From: Planctomycetota bacterium | Lineage (GTDB): Bacteria; Planctomycetota; UBA1135; GCA-002748355 | Direction of reading: 5' to 3' | DNA: 64,000 nucleotides | NCBI GenBank assembly: GCA_020638795.1 | Contig: JACKHW010000003.1 | Coordinates: forward strand, 338,027-402,026 | Shown here: positions 1 to 9,564 of the stretch, in pieces | Position numbering within the stretch: the first letter of the stretch is position 1 | Layout: every line of letters begins with the position of its first letter | Notes under the pieces: generated by a model | Told to the model about the DNA's origin: nothing | Database searches by the model: none | Seen by the model: the letters and a program-made list of their open reading frames with translations, nothing else | Made by a program: the position numbers and the translations under genes

Positions 1-668
1 ACATAGCCCCGCAAGAACGCCAGTACGTCCCGGGAAGACGGAACTGCATCGCGATGCTTCTGCCACCATCGAGCGCACCGCACGAGACTCGCAATCGCTG
101 CCGGCGACCCTGGCCGCAGGCCGAAACACCCGTTCGTCAAATCCAGAACGGCGACGGTAACTGCCGCGCCACGTTCGTGCCCGCTGCCTTTGTCGACTAC
201 TAGCAGATTGCCCGGGTGCAGATCCGTGTGCCGAAAACCCGCGACGTGCAACCGCCCGACGGCACGCCCCGCCGCGACGAGATAGCGGCGGCGTGCGTGA
301 TACGGAGCGACATCGAGCGCGGCATCGAGCGGAAGGCCTTCGAGGTATTCCGCGACGAGTCCCAGCTTCCAGAACGTCCCGCAGCGTTCGGCTCGACCGA
401 CGATCGGTCGCGGCACGCACACGCCCATCGCGCGCAGTCGGATCGCCGCGTCGATTTCCCGGCGCAGTCGACCGACCGAAACATATCGGTCGCGTAGGAG
501 CGAACCGAGCAGACCGCCGTGCCGCAATGGTCTGAAGAAGGCGCCCCCAGCGCCCCACTGAATCCTACGCGCGCCGCCTCGCCCGTGGCGGCTCGCGTCG
601 CCATCGGGTTCCCATCCCGGTTCGGCAAACCCGTCTGGCGCGTCGCGCACGAGGCTCTCGCGACTCAC
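1..668 (-). CDS. lipopolysaccharide kinase (Kdo/WaaP) family protein, partial (3' end lies beyond window start)
   Basis: The minus-strand frame is open from 668 to the window edge. It is absent from the track because no stop lies inside the window. Hand translation reads ...AFFRPLRHGGLLGSLLRDRY...CGTFWKLGLVAEYLEG...GRLHVAGFRHTDLHPGNLLVV..., matching the RxGG and HxDLHxxN kinase signatures. The start (GTG at 668 or 650) is a guess. The gene is divergent from a GT9 gene. Confidence 0.55.
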   Translation of the reverse strand, partial: MSRESLVRDAPDGFAEPGWEPDGDASRHGRGGARRIQWGAGGAFFRPLRHGGLLGSLLRDRYVSVGRLRREIDAAIRLRAMGVCVPRPIVGRAERCGTFWKLGLVAEYLEGLPLDAALDVAPYHARRRYLVAAGRAVGRLHVAGFRHTDLHPGNLLVVDKGSGHERGAAVTVAVLDLTNGCFGLRPGSPAAIASLVRCARWWQKHRDAVPSSRDVLAFLRGY

Positions 669-805
669 GACGACCTCCGATGGCTCGTCCGCGTGCGCAG
701 CCCCGCATGCAGGGCACACAGGCAACGCATCGGTTGACGACGACGTGTCGGATTGCGGAGGAAGAAGCAGTGCGACGGGCATTCGGGCCGTATCATGCCG
801 CTCCC

Positions 806-1894
806 ATGACCCCCGGTCGCTACCTGCTCGTGCGACTCTCGGCCATTGGGGACGTCGTCTTCGCTCTCGAGTCCGTTGCTGCCCTGCGTAACCTCGATCC
901 AGGCGCCCGAATCGATTGGCTCGTCGAAGACCGCATTCGCCCCTTGCTCGAGAGTCACCCCGATCTCGACCGGGTCCTCGTGTATCCGCGGCGCGAGTTC
1001 GCACGGTGTGCGGTCCGGCCGTGGCTGTGGCCATCGCTCGTCGTGCTCCTCGTGCGACATGCGTGCGCGCTCCGTCGAACGAGATACGACGCCGTGCTCG
1101 ACCTCCACGGCAACCTCAAGAGCGGGTTGCACGTCTTGTTGGCTCGAGCGAAGCGCAAGATCGGTTTCGACAAGACCCGCGCGAAGGAAGGTGCGTGGCT
1201 AGCGGTGAGGGAGCGTGTCACACTGCCGTCGCCGCGACCGCATCGTTCGGAAGAAGGGCTCTTGCTGCTCGAACGCCTCGTCGGCGCCACGGTCGCGCGT
1301 CCCCCGCATCCGGTCTTCCCGATCGACGAAGCCGCGAAGGCTCTCGCGAACGCGTGGCTCGACGCCACACGACCTACGTACGCGACACACAGGCCGGCAG
1401 GCATGGTCGTACTCGCACCCGGGACGAGCGCCTTCGCCGCATTCAAGCGATGGCCTGCGCGACGCTATGCCGAGCTCGCCGAGCGACTCTGCTTGCACGG
1501 CTTGACGGTCGTGGTGTCGACGGGACCAGGTGAACGCGAACTCGGGCGCAACGCCGTCGGCCAGTCGGGTGCCATCTGGTTCGACGGTGCAGAGCACGGC
1601 TTGGCGGTCGCCCTCGAGGTCATGCGCCAAGCATCCGTCTGCGTCGCGGCGGACTCGGGCCCGATGCACCTCGCCCAAGCCGTCGGCGTACCCGTCGTCG
1701 GCATCTTCGGACCGAAGGATCCCTTACGTTATGGACCGCGATTGCCTGGATCCATTGTCATGCGGTATGCAACCCCGTGCGCTCCGTGCGGTCGTCGCGC
1801 GTGCGAGTTGCCGACCTGCGTGCAAGCGGTGACGGTCGACGACATCCTGCGAGCGACGCTCGACGTCCTCTCGCGGCAGAATCGCGCGTCATGA
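806..1894 (+). CDS. glycosyltransferase family 9 (LPS heptosyltransferase-like)
   Basis: Track ORF 680..1894. From the ATG at 806 the protein starts MTPGRYLLVRLSAIGDVVFALESVAAL, a typical GT9 N-terminus. The C-terminal motif AADSGPMHLAQAVGVPVVGIFGP is also present. Confidence 0.8.
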   Translation: MTPGRYLLVRLSAIGDVVFALESVAALRNLDPGARIDWLVEDRIRPLLESHPDLDRVLVYPRREFARCAVRPWLWPSLVVLLVRHACALRRTRYDAVLDLHGNLKSGLHVLLARAKRKIGFDKTRAKEGAWLAVRERVTLPSPRPHRSEEGLLLLERLVGATVARPPHPVFPIDEAAKALANAWLDATRPTYATHRPAGMVVLAPGTSAFAAFKRWPARRYAELAERLCLHGLTVVVSTGPGERELGRNAVGQSGAIWFDGAEHGLAVALEVMRQASVCVAADSGPMHLAQAVGVPVVGIFGPKDPLRYGPRLPGSIVMRYATPCAPCGRRACELPTCVQAVTVDDILRATLDVLSRQNRAS

Positions 1895-2355
1895 AGGTCG
1901 ACGCGCCGGTCGCCTACCTGTGGCGCCACTACCGCGAGAACCTCAGGAAGTGCAGCCTCGAACCCCTCGTCGGGGACACGCGCTTCGTGTTCTCGGTGTG
2001 GAGGAGCGGTATCTCGATCGAGGCGACGGGCTGCATCGTGCTCGAGATCGATGCTCCGGTGCTCACGCGATCCGACGCCGGCAGCCCCTTCGTCCTGCTC
2101 GATTCGACGTGGCGCTACCTCACCAAGATGCGCGCGAGCGTCGTCGGCGATTGCATCCCACGTTCCTTGCCGGCGTCCCTCGGGACCGCCTATCCACGCA
2201 CCGCCAAGCTCAGCGAAAACCCGGCCCGCGGCCTCGCCTCGATCGAGGCACTGTACGCCGCACTGCGCATCGTCGGCGCCCGAGACGACGCCCTGCTCGC
2301 GTCCTACCATTGGGGTGCGGAGTTTCTCCACACCTGCGATCAGGAAGGCCTGTAG
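1891..2355 (+). CDS. DTW domain-containing protein (tRNA aminocarboxypropyltransferase-like)
   Basis: The ATG at 1891 overlaps the upstream stop (ATGA). The sequence LLDSTWRYL gives the D-x-T-W motif, and a YPRTAK...GLASIEALYAAL segment follows. Family assignment is by motif only. Confidence 0.5.
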   Translation: MKVDAPVAYLWRHYRENLRKCSLEPLVGDTRFVFSVWRSGISIEATGCIVLEIDAPVLTRSDAGSPFVLLDSTWRYLTKMRASVVGDCIPRSLPASLGTAYPRTAKLSENPARGLASIEALYAALRIVGARDDALLASYHWGAEFLHTCDQEGL

Positions 2356-2446
2356 CAGCGGGCAAGATTGTCCAGAAATATCCTTGGACACTTGGGCGCG
2401 GTTGGCCGATAATTCGGCTTCGCGAATCTTCTCGAAGTAGGCATGC

Positions 2447-3631
2447 ATGGCTCGAGCTCCCTCCAAGACCAAAGCTTCCTCGCGACCTCCTCGAGTGCGG
2501 CGCGATGCTCCCATCGTCCGGGGTCAGGCGTATTCGGCAACTCGGCTAGCCGCTCTGCTCGATGTCGACCCGTCGCAGTTCGACGCCGTGGTCGCGTCGA
2601 TGCTCGAACGCGACCCCGAGGCGAACCGCACGATGGTTCGGATCGCAGACTTCGAGCTACCGCGGAACGACGGTGAGGCGGACACCGCGTACGATCGTCG
2701 GCGCGAACAGGCTCTCGCGCGTATCTTCGAGTTCTTGACGCGTCGTGCTGTTCGCGCGCTCACTCGATGTGACCACGCGGTGCCATGCTCGAATCTGAGT
2801 TCGAGCCTCGATGACGGCGATCTGCTAGCGACCCAACTGATCCGACTGCGCCGCAACGCCCTTCCCGAGGGACGCACGGCGGACACGGCGTATGCAGCCA
2901 TCCAGGATCTCGCGGCTTGGCGGGATCGCTTCGCGCACGAGCAGACTTACCTCGTTCCGGTCCTCGTCGAGAAGTATCTTGCCATGGGCGTCGATCGCGA
3001 CGATCTCGTGCAGGAAGGCATGCTCGGACTCCTTCGAGCGATCGACGGATACGACTGGCGGCGAGGAGTTCGATTCTCGACGTATGCGAAGTACTGGATC
3101 CAGGATCGGGTGCTCAAGTCGCTCTACGACCAGAGTCGCACGGTTCGCCTTCCCGCGTGGATCCAAAAGCTATGGCAAAAGGCGTATCGCAAGGCGGCCC
3201 GCGAGGACGGAACGCAAAACGTTCTCGCGAGCGAGGCCCTCGCGAGCGAACTCGACGTGAGCAAGCGACGGCTCGAGCGCGTCGTGTCGTCGCGCCGACG
3301 TCAAATCAGCCTCGACGCACCGATGCCCGGCGACGACGACGCGTCCTTTGTGAGCACCTTGACGGATCCGTCGACGGTCGACTTCCACATGCCCAGCGAT
3401 ACCGAGAGCCTCGAGCGTACCGTGCATGACGTGCTCGCGAGTCTCGATGAACGTGAACGCCTCATCGTGAGTGAGCGATTCGGATTCGGTGGACGCGAAC
3501 CCCGCTCACTCAGGGAGATTGGCGACGAACTCGGGATCAGCGCGGAGCGTGTTCGTCAGATCCAAGCCGGGGCCCTCGATTCCCTACGCGAGAATCGTCG
3601 CGTCGCGGCACTGTTCGAAACGATTCACTGA
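2447..3631 (+). CDS. sigma-70 family RNA polymerase sigma factor with a long non-conserved N-terminal region
   Basis: Region 2 is DLVQEGMLGLLRAIDGYDWRRGVRFSTYAKYWIQDRVLK. The region 4 HTH is SLREIGDELGISAERVRQIQ. Confidence 0.85.
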   Translation: MARAPSKTKASSRPPRVRRDAPIVRGQAYSATRLAALLDVDPSQFDAVVASMLERDPEANRTMVRIADFELPRNDGEADTAYDRRREQALARIFEFLTRRAVRALTRCDHAVPCSNLSSSLDDGDLLATQLIRLRRNALPEGRTADTAYAAIQDLAAWRDRFAHEQTYLVPVLVEKYLAMGVDRDDLVQEGMLGLLRAIDGYDWRRGVRFSTYAKYWIQDRVLKSLYDQSRTVRLPAWIQKLWQKAYRKAAREDGTQNVLASEALASELDVSKRRLERVVSSRRRQISLDAPMPGDDDASFVSTLTDPSTVDFHMPSDTESLERTVHDVLASLDERERLIVSERFGFGGREPRSLREIGDELGISAERVRQIQAGALDSLRENRRVAALFETIH

Positions 3632-3638
3632 CACGATC

Positions 3639-4565
3639 TCAGCGCGCGCGTTTCGTCTGGGCCTGGGTACTCGAGTACTCGGCGAGTTCGCGCAGACCCG
3701 CTAGGTAGACGACTCCTTGCACACCGCGCCGGGATCGCCTCGCGCCCGAGCCACCGACCAGGATGCTCACGTCGTTCGGCAGAACGGCGCGGAGACGACG
3801 AACGGCGCGATCGGTCTGCAAGCCGCCCGAAGCCAGACTCACCGACAAGGCCAAGACCTGCGGACGCACCTCGAGCGCGGCCGCCTCGATCTCTTCGATC
3901 GGGAGTTCGGTACCGAAGCTCACGACTCGATAACCGGCGACCGAGAGCGTGAGTGCAGCCATCTGGAGTCCCAACCCGTGTCGCTCTCCCGGCAATGTCG
4001 CCATGACCGCTGTCCGCACATCACTCGTGTGGACCGCAACACGGTGCTCGTTCTCGACCGTCGTGCGCATCGTACGCAGCACATCGTCGACCGCCTCGGA
4101 CAAGAAGTGCTCATGGCGCACCGCGATCGACCCGTCCGCCCAGCGGCTGCCGAGGACATCCAGCAGCGGGCCGAGCACGTCATCGAGAAACGCTACGGGA
4201 TCCGTCGCATTGCGCTGGGCTGTCTGCAGTTCAACGCGCAGGGCTTCCCGACGAAACCGTCCGACCGCTTCGAAAATCGCTTCGAACTCGCTCGGACGAA
4301 CGTCACGTCCGCGTACAGCATTCGTCAGCAGATGGTCGAGTTCGCGTTCGGACAGCGTGAGCAGCTTCCCCGGACGATGCCCATGGGACATTGCCTCTGC
4401 GACCTTGCGAACCAAGCGGAGTTCCGCGGCGCCATAGCGACGATGACCGGACGGTAGTCGAACCGGAACCGGCAGGCCGTATCGCCGCTCCCACACCCGA
4501 ATCGTCTCCGGTGCGATTCCCGTGCGCTCCGCGAGTTCTCCGATCGAGTAGAGCTTGTCCGTCAT
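3639..4565 (-). CDS. carH: CarH/LitR-type MerR-family regulator with an adenosylcobalamin-binding (photoreceptor) domain
   Basis: Track ORF 3639..4868 was trimmed to the ATG at 4565. The MerR HTH is MTDKLYSIGELAERTGIAPETIRVWERRYGLP. WADGSIAVRHEH matches the Wx9EH motif, and PGERHGLG matches the E/DxHxxG B12 lower-ligand motif. Confidence 0.8.
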   Translation of the reverse strand: MTDKLYSIGELAERTGIAPETIRVWERRYGLPVPVRLPSGHRRYGAAELRLVRKVAEAMSHGHRPGKLLTLSERELDHLLTNAVRGRDVRPSEFEAIFEAVGRFRREALRVELQTAQRNATDPVAFLDDVLGPLLDVLGSRWADGSIAVRHEHFLSEAVDDVLRTMRTTVENEHRVAVHTSDVRTAVMATLPGERHGLGLQMAALTLSVAGYRVVSFGTELPIEEIEAAALEVRPQVLALSVSLASGGLQTDRAVRRLRAVLPNDVSILVGGSGARRSRRGVQGVVYLAGLRELAEYSSTQAQTKRAR

Positions 4566-4597
4566 CGAGTGTGAGTCTTGGGGCGACAGTGTCCACG

Positions 4598-5191
4598 TCA
4601 AGACTCCGCCTGACGTGACCCCACGGGTAGAACGCGACGTGCGATGCTGCCGAGGAGAGGCACGGCGATCGCCCAGATCACCGCGAGCGAGACCAAGGCC
4701 ATCGTACGGGATTCGCCGAGCCTGATCGCTCCGAGCTTCTCGCCTGCCACGAATGCGAGTGGACCACCGACGGCGCCGAACAGCAACCCGACAGCTTTGC
4801 GACGAGACAACCATGCGAGACTGAGCGGCAACGTCGTTGCGAACGCGGCCCAGAGGCATGCCATCCAAGCCAGATCGACGACCGCCACGCTGCGCGCCGC
4901 ATCCACAGAGGCGAAGGTGTACACACCTGATCGTGACCCGACGAACTCGAGGAGGGCACCCGCACAGGCGGTACCAAGCACGAAGAGGAGAGCGTTGCGA
5001 GCCCGGCGCGCCGATCGTTCACGCGTCGCGACGTTCGCGGGCGCAATACCGCGCCGCGACTCGGTGAGGACGAACAGTGCCACGACGATCGCAGTCACGA
5101 CGATGCCGAGCCACGGCATACCGCGAGCAGCACCCACGACGCATGCGAACCATGCGATCTGGAATGCCACCATGTTGATCACGTTGCTCAT
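4598..5191 (-). CDS. DUF2878-like integral membrane protein
   Basis: A 197-aa multi-TM protein (MVAFQIAWFACVVGAARGMPWLGIVV...). It abuts the stop of the CFA-family gene, the usual position of DUF2878. Confidence 0.55.
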   Translation of the reverse strand: MSNVINMVAFQIAWFACVVGAARGMPWLGIVVTAIVVALFVLTESRRGIAPANVATRERSARRARNALLFVLGTACAGALLEFVGSRSGVYTFASVDAARSVAVVDLAWMACLWAAFATTLPLSLAWLSRRKAVGLLFGAVGGPLAFVAGEKLGAIRLGESRTMALVSLAVIWAIAVPLLGSIARRVLPVGSRQAES

Positions 5192-6484
5192 TCAGGCGCC
5201 GCTGCGTGAGCCGGGAGCGAGCACCATCTGATGGAGTCCGAGTTGTCGCTCTCTGAAACCGGCCTCGCAGTAAGCCAGATAGAACTCCCACAGTCGTCGG
5301 AATCGCTCGTCGTATCCGAGCGCAGCGATCTTGGATCGCGCGGCCACGAAGCGCTCTCGCCAGATCCGCAATGTCGCCGCGTAGTGCTCCGCGAAGTCGT
5401 TGGTCTCGACGAGGCGGAAGTCGGTCGCGCGACTCATCGCGTTCACCATGGCCCCGACGGAAGGTATGGCCGATCCCGGGAAGACATGACTCTGAATGAA
5501 GTCGACCTGCTTCCGCGCTTGGTCGTAGTACTGATCCGCGATCGTGATCACTTGCAGTCCGACGCGGCCATCGTCCGCGACCAAGCGCCTGCAGGCCTCG
5601 AAGAACTTGGGTAGGAATCGATGCCCCACGGCCTCGATCATCTCGATCGAAACCACGGCATCGAATCCACGCGCGTTGGCGGCGTCGGAGCGCGCGAGAT
5701 CACGGTAGTCGCGTTCGAGGATGCGGATTCGATCCTCGAGCCCGGCCTCGCGCACGCGCTGGCGTGCGATGAGTGCTTGTTGCGCCGAGATCGTCGTCGT
5801 GGTCACACGGCAGCCGTATTCGCCCGCCATGTGGAGCGCCATCCCCCCCCAACCTGTGCCGATTTCACAGACTTCGTCACCCGGGCAGAGTGCGAGGTGG
5901 CGACAGAGGCGATCGTACTTCTCGCGTTGCGCAGCTTCGAGCACGTCGAACGTCGCCGTCTGCGGATGCTCGAAGAGCGCACTACTGTATGTCATCGTCG
6001 GGTCGAGCCACGCCGCGAAGAACTCGTTGCCGAGGTCGTAGTGCGCGGCGATGTTCCGCTTCGACCCGTTCTTGGTGTTCCGTCGCAGAGCGTGACCGAC
6101 GTGCAATACGGGCTGGATACAACGCGCAAGGCCGCGATCGAGCGCCTCGAGCACGTGTCGATTCCGAACGACGAGTGCTAGACAAGTCCCGAGGTCATCG
6201 ACGTCCCAATCTCCGCGGATGAAGCTCTCGGCAGCGCCGACCGTCCCGCCGAAAGCCATGGATGTCCAAAAGCGCGGGTCTCGCACGCGAACTTCGGGAG
6301 GTTGCTCCGCGCCATGCAACGGTGTTCCGAACGTGAACTCCGCCTCGCCCTCGACATCGCGGAGCTTCAGCGCTCCGAACTGCATTCGAGACAAGCGATC
6401 GACGACGCGGCTCCGCACGAGCGAACGAGCCTTGCGCGCGACGAACCCGGATCGAGTTTGGTGAACGGGAACGAACTCGGTCAT
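5192..6484 (-). CDS. cyclopropane-fatty-acyl-phospholipid synthase family SAM-dependent methyltransferase (CfaS/UfaM-like)
   Basis: Contains AHYDLGNEFFAAWLDPTMTYSSALF, the SAM motif VCEIGTGWGGMALHMA, and YLAYCEAGF at the C-terminus. It overlaps the upstream gene by 4 nt. Confidence 0.85.
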   Translation of the reverse strand: MTEFVPVHQTRSGFVARKARSLVRSRVVDRLSRMQFGALKLRDVEGEAEFTFGTPLHGAEQPPEVRVRDPRFWTSMAFGGTVGAAESFIRGDWDVDDLGTCLALVVRNRHVLEALDRGLARCIQPVLHVGHALRRNTKNGSKRNIAAHYDLGNEFFAAWLDPTMTYSSALFEHPQTATFDVLEAAQREKYDRLCRHLALCPGDEVCEIGTGWGGMALHMAGEYGCRVTTTTISAQQALIARQRVREAGLEDRIRILERDYRDLARSDAANARGFDAVVSIEMIEAVGHRFLPKFFEACRRLVADDGRVGLQVITIADQYYDQARKQVDFIQSHVFPGSAIPSVGAMVNAMSRATDFRLVETNDFAEHYAATLRIWRERFVAARSKIAALGYDERFRRLWEFYLAYCEAGFRERQLGLHQMVLAPGSRSGA

Positions 6485-7323
6485 CGGAAACTCTCGGTGC
6501 TCTCGTTGCTCGGGGCACGGATCTGGGCACGCCGCCCAGCGGCCTCTCTCGGATGGTCGAAGAAGGGCACGCGCTTCAAGCGCAGCCTGAGTGCTTGCCA
6601 GTAGATGCCCAGGACGACTTTCCCCGTCTGGAACGGATAGCGGACGAGCGTCGAAGCGATCCGCGACGTCGTGATCGGTCGACGAATGAGATCGAGGGTC
6701 GCATCGAAGACGAGTTGCCCTGCACGGAGATTCTGCATGTGCACGACGACAGTCTCGTCCGAAAGATGGAAGACCCAGTCATAGGTCATGTCCATGGGCA
6801 TGAAGGGCGAGACATGGAACTGCTTGTCGAAGCGGAATCGCTTCGTGCGTCGCCCCCGCTGGGCGCGCGCGTCCAGGACGTAACCATGCCGCTCACCCCA
6901 CGGTGTATTCGTGATCTCGGCCACGATGGCGACGATGCCGTCTCCAGTGCGATCGTCCGCTTGATCCCGGCAGATGTAGAAGCTCACCGGGTTTTGCCGG
7001 TACCCGAAGCTTCGCAGGTTGGTCACGAGTTCGATGCGCCCAGTCGGCGTGAAGCCGAGTTCATCGCGCACGCGATCGCGCACCGCGGTCTCGAGCGGCA
7101 CGTCGATCGGCGCGAGATAGTCGTCTCGTCGATAGCGAGCGATCGCGAAGCGCTTGTCGGAGAAGAACCAACGGCGCCGGAAGACCGCCTCGATCTCGTC
7201 GAGTGCGAGGAGCACCATCGATGCGCGGTACGAAAACGCATGCTGCACGGGGAGGCGACGTCGGTGACGCACGCGCCCCTCGAGGATCGAGCTTTGGATC
7301 GGCAAGGCCGCGGGCGCGCTCAA
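6481..7323 (-). CDS. DUF1365 family protein (UfaO-like)
   Basis: The C-terminal 280 aa of track ORF 6481..7992 read ILEGRVRHRRRLPVQHAFSYRASMVLLALDE...NPVSFYIC...HVSPFMPMDMTYDW. No ATG lies upstream of the domain. TTG at 7323 overlaps the upstream stop (TTGA), so the start is uncertain. Confidence 0.7.
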   Translation of the reverse strand: MSAPAALPIQSSILEGRVRHRRRLPVQHAFSYRASMVLLALDEIEAVFRRRWFFSDKRFAIARYRRDDYLAPIDVPLETAVRDRVRDELGFTPTGRIELVTNLRSFGYRQNPVSFYICRDQADDRTGDGIVAIVAEITNTPWGERHGYVLDARAQRGRRTKRFRFDKQFHVSPFMPMDMTYDWVFHLSDETVVVHMQNLRAGQLVFDATLDLIRRPITTSRIASTLVRYPFQTGKVVLGIYWQALRLRLKRVPFFDHPREAAGRRAQIRAPSNESTESFR

Positions 7324-8597
7324 AGCGACCTCCCGAGTTTCTCGCAAACGCGCAATGCACTCCAGACACCATCTTCGTGGAAGCCATTGCGCCAATATGC
7401 GCCGACGAAGTGCGTGCGGCGCCGACCGTCGATTTCGTCCCAACGCTCGACGGCCTCGGTGCTTCGCGGCGTGAACAGCGGATGCTCGTAGTTCCAGCGC
7501 CCGAGCACGCGCTTCTTCTGGTCCTTCGCCTCGAGCGCCCGAAGACGCTCGTACGAGCCCAGCGACACGCAGTAGTCGGTCGGTGCTTGCAGCGACTGCA
7601 GGGTGTTCATGTGGTAGGTGACCCTGGCGGGCTGCGAGCCTTCCCCGAAGGTCTTCGAATCGATCCGGTAGTTCCAGCTCGCGAGCGCTCGCTCGCGAAC
7701 CGGCAACAGGTCTCGCCCCTGGTGGAGCGTCGTTTCGTTGGCCGAATACGGGATCGCGCCCAGAACCTCGCTCTCGAGAGCGTCCGCGTCGGTCAGCATC
7801 GCGAGGCTCTGGTCTGCGTGACTCGCGAGGATCACCCGATCGAAGCGATCGACAGCCCCGCGGGCATGCACGCTCACACCGTCCGCATGACGTGTGATCG
7901 AGGTCACCGGAGTCTCGATGCGGATGCGATCGCGAAAGGCCACGGTCATCGCCTCGACATAGCGCCGACTGCCCCCATCGATCACGTACCACTGCGGTCG
8001 ATCGTCGATCTCGAGCATGCCGTGATTCTCGAAGAACCGCGCGAAGAAGCGCGCCGGGAAGTCGAGCATCGAAGCCGCATCCGTGCTCCAGATGGCGGAG
8101 CCCATCGGAATCAAGTAGCGCTCACGAAAGGCGCGTCCGTAACGCCCGCGATCGAGAAACTCCCCCAATGAGCATTCGGTCCCGTTCGAGGCCAACGCGC
8201 GCGCCTCGCGGTTGAAGCGCAGCACGTCCCACAGCATCCCAAAAAAGCTGGGACGAAGGAGATTCCGCTTCTGGACGAAGATCGACCCCAGATCCCGGCC
8301 GTTCCACTCGAGACCGTTGCGCTCGTCGTGGACCGAGAAACTCATCTCGCTGGCCCGCGTCGCGACGCCGAGCCGTTTCAGCAGCGCGAGAAAGGACGGG
8401 TAGGTCCGGTCGTTGAATACGATGAATCCCGTGTCGACGGGATGCACGCCAGCCTCATCGCACACGTCGACCGTGTGCGTGTGCCCGCCGATCCAATCCG
8501 ACGCCTCGTAGACGACGACATCGTGGCTCTCATGCAGGAGGTAGGCACAGACCAACCCGGAGATGCCCGCACCGATGATCGCGATGCGGTCGCTCAT
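7320..8597 (-). CDS. NAD(P)/FAD-dependent oxidoreductase, amine-oxidase fold (UfaD-like)
   Basis: N-terminal dinucleotide fold MSDRIAIIGAGISGLVCAYLL...VYEASDWIGGHTHTV. Confidence 0.8.
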   Translation of the reverse strand: MSDRIAIIGAGISGLVCAYLLHESHDVVVYEASDWIGGHTHTVDVCDEAGVHPVDTGFIVFNDRTYPSFLALLKRLGVATRASEMSFSVHDERNGLEWNGRDLGSIFVQKRNLLRPSFFGMLWDVLRFNREARALASNGTECSLGEFLDRGRYGRAFRERYLIPMGSAIWSTDAASMLDFPARFFARFFENHGMLEIDDRPQWYVIDGGSRRYVEAMTVAFRDRIRIETPVTSITRHADGVSVHARGAVDRFDRVILASHADQSLAMLTDADALESEVLGAIPYSANETTLHQGRDLLPVRERALASWNYRIDSKTFGEGSQPARVTYHMNTLQSLQAPTDYCVSLGSYERLRALEAKDQKKRVLGRWNYEHPLFTPRSTEAVERWDEIDGRRRTHFVGAYWRNGFHEDGVWSALRVCEKLGRSL

Positions 8598-8610
8598 GAC
8601 GCGCGACCGC

Positions 8611-9564
8611 TCAGGCTGCGCGGCGCGGCGGTCTCGTCTGACTCGCGTTGCGTCCCTGCTCGAGAATCCGCTCTGGGACCGGTTGCAAGTCCCAGACGAC
8701 TCCGAAGAACGCGAGGCCCCGCAGGACCCAGTAACACGGATCGTATTCCCACCAGTAGAACCCCTGCCGCGTGGACGCGGGATAATAATGATGGTTGTTG
8801 TGCCAACCTTCGCCGAGCGTCAAGAGCGCCAGGAACCAATGATTGCGACTCGTGTCCCGAGTTTCGAAGCGCCGCTTCCCGAGCAGATGGGCGAGGCTGT
8901 TGATCGAGAACGTCGCGTGGAAGAGCACGACGGTCGAGACGACGAAGCCCCACACGAAGAGCTGCCACGCAGTCGTGCCGAGGCTCGGAGCGAAGACCTC
9001 GAGGATCCAGCCGAGCGCGAAGATCGACACCCCGAGGAGCGTCGGCACGATCCAATCGAAGCGATCCAGGAACCGCAGCTCCGGGAACCGCGAGAGGTCA
9101 CGCACACGCTCGGTCTTCGTCAGGAACCCGTCCCCGGTCAGAAACCAGCCGACGTGACTGCGAAACAGCCCGTGCTGCATCGGCGAGTGCATGTCGACGG
9201 CCTTGTCCGAGTGTGCGTGGTGATGTCGGTGCCAGCCTGCCCACCAGAGCGGCCCTCGTTGCGCAGCCGAATTGCCGATCACGGCAAACGCGAACTGGGC
9301 AGCGCGGGACGTCTTGAACGTCTTGTGGCTGAAATACCGATGGTAGAAGCCCGTGATCGCGAACATGCGCACGAGGTACAGCACGACGGCAGTCGTGACT
9401 GCGAACCAGCTCCAACCGACCAGGAAGACGGCGAAACAGCCGGCATGCAGCAGGAAGAACGGCAAACAGCGCATCCACTCGATGCGGTGCCCGTTTTGCC
9501 GTCCCATGCGTCGCCGCGACCGAACGTCGCCGTCGAACCACTGTAAGATGTTGCGGATCGTCAT
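8611..9564 (-). CDS. acyl-CoA (delta-9 type) membrane fatty acid desaturase
   Basis: Three His boxes are present: HRYFSHKTF, WHRHHHAHSD and GEGWHNNHHYYP. Confidence 0.85.
   Translation of the reverse strand: MTIRNILQWFDGDVRSRRRMGRQNGHRIEWMRCLPFFLLHAGCFAVFLVGWSWFAVTTAVVLYLVRMFAITGFYHRYFSHKTFKTSRAAQFAFAVIGNSAAQRGPLWWAGWHRHHHAHSDKAVDMHSPMQHGLFRSHVGWFLTGDGFLTKTERVRDLSRFPELRFLDRFDWIVPTLLGVSIFALGWILEVFAPSLGTTAWQLFVWGFVVSTVVLFHATFSINSLAHLLGKRRFETRDTSRNHWFLALLTLGEGWHNNHHYYPASTRQGFYWWEYDPCYWVLRGLAFFGVVWDLQPVPERILEQGRNASQTRPPRRAA

Noticed and set aside
558-592. CTGAATCCTA, followed about 15 nt later by CCGTGGCG, lies upstream of the heptosyltransferase gene and might be a third copy of the ECF promoter motif.
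   Set aside because: Only about half of the -10 positions match and the spacing is off. The sequence also lies inside the LPS-kinase coding region, so it is probably a chance match.
6481-7992. Over-extended N-termini of track ORFs: 6481..7992, 23567..25642, 38316..39629, 41502..42839, 46451..47881, 50431..51975 and 3639..4868.
   Set aside because: In each case the conserved domain begins far downstream. The extension overlaps the preceding gene in another frame, and an internal start codon abuts or overlaps the upstream stop. The shorter models were adopted.
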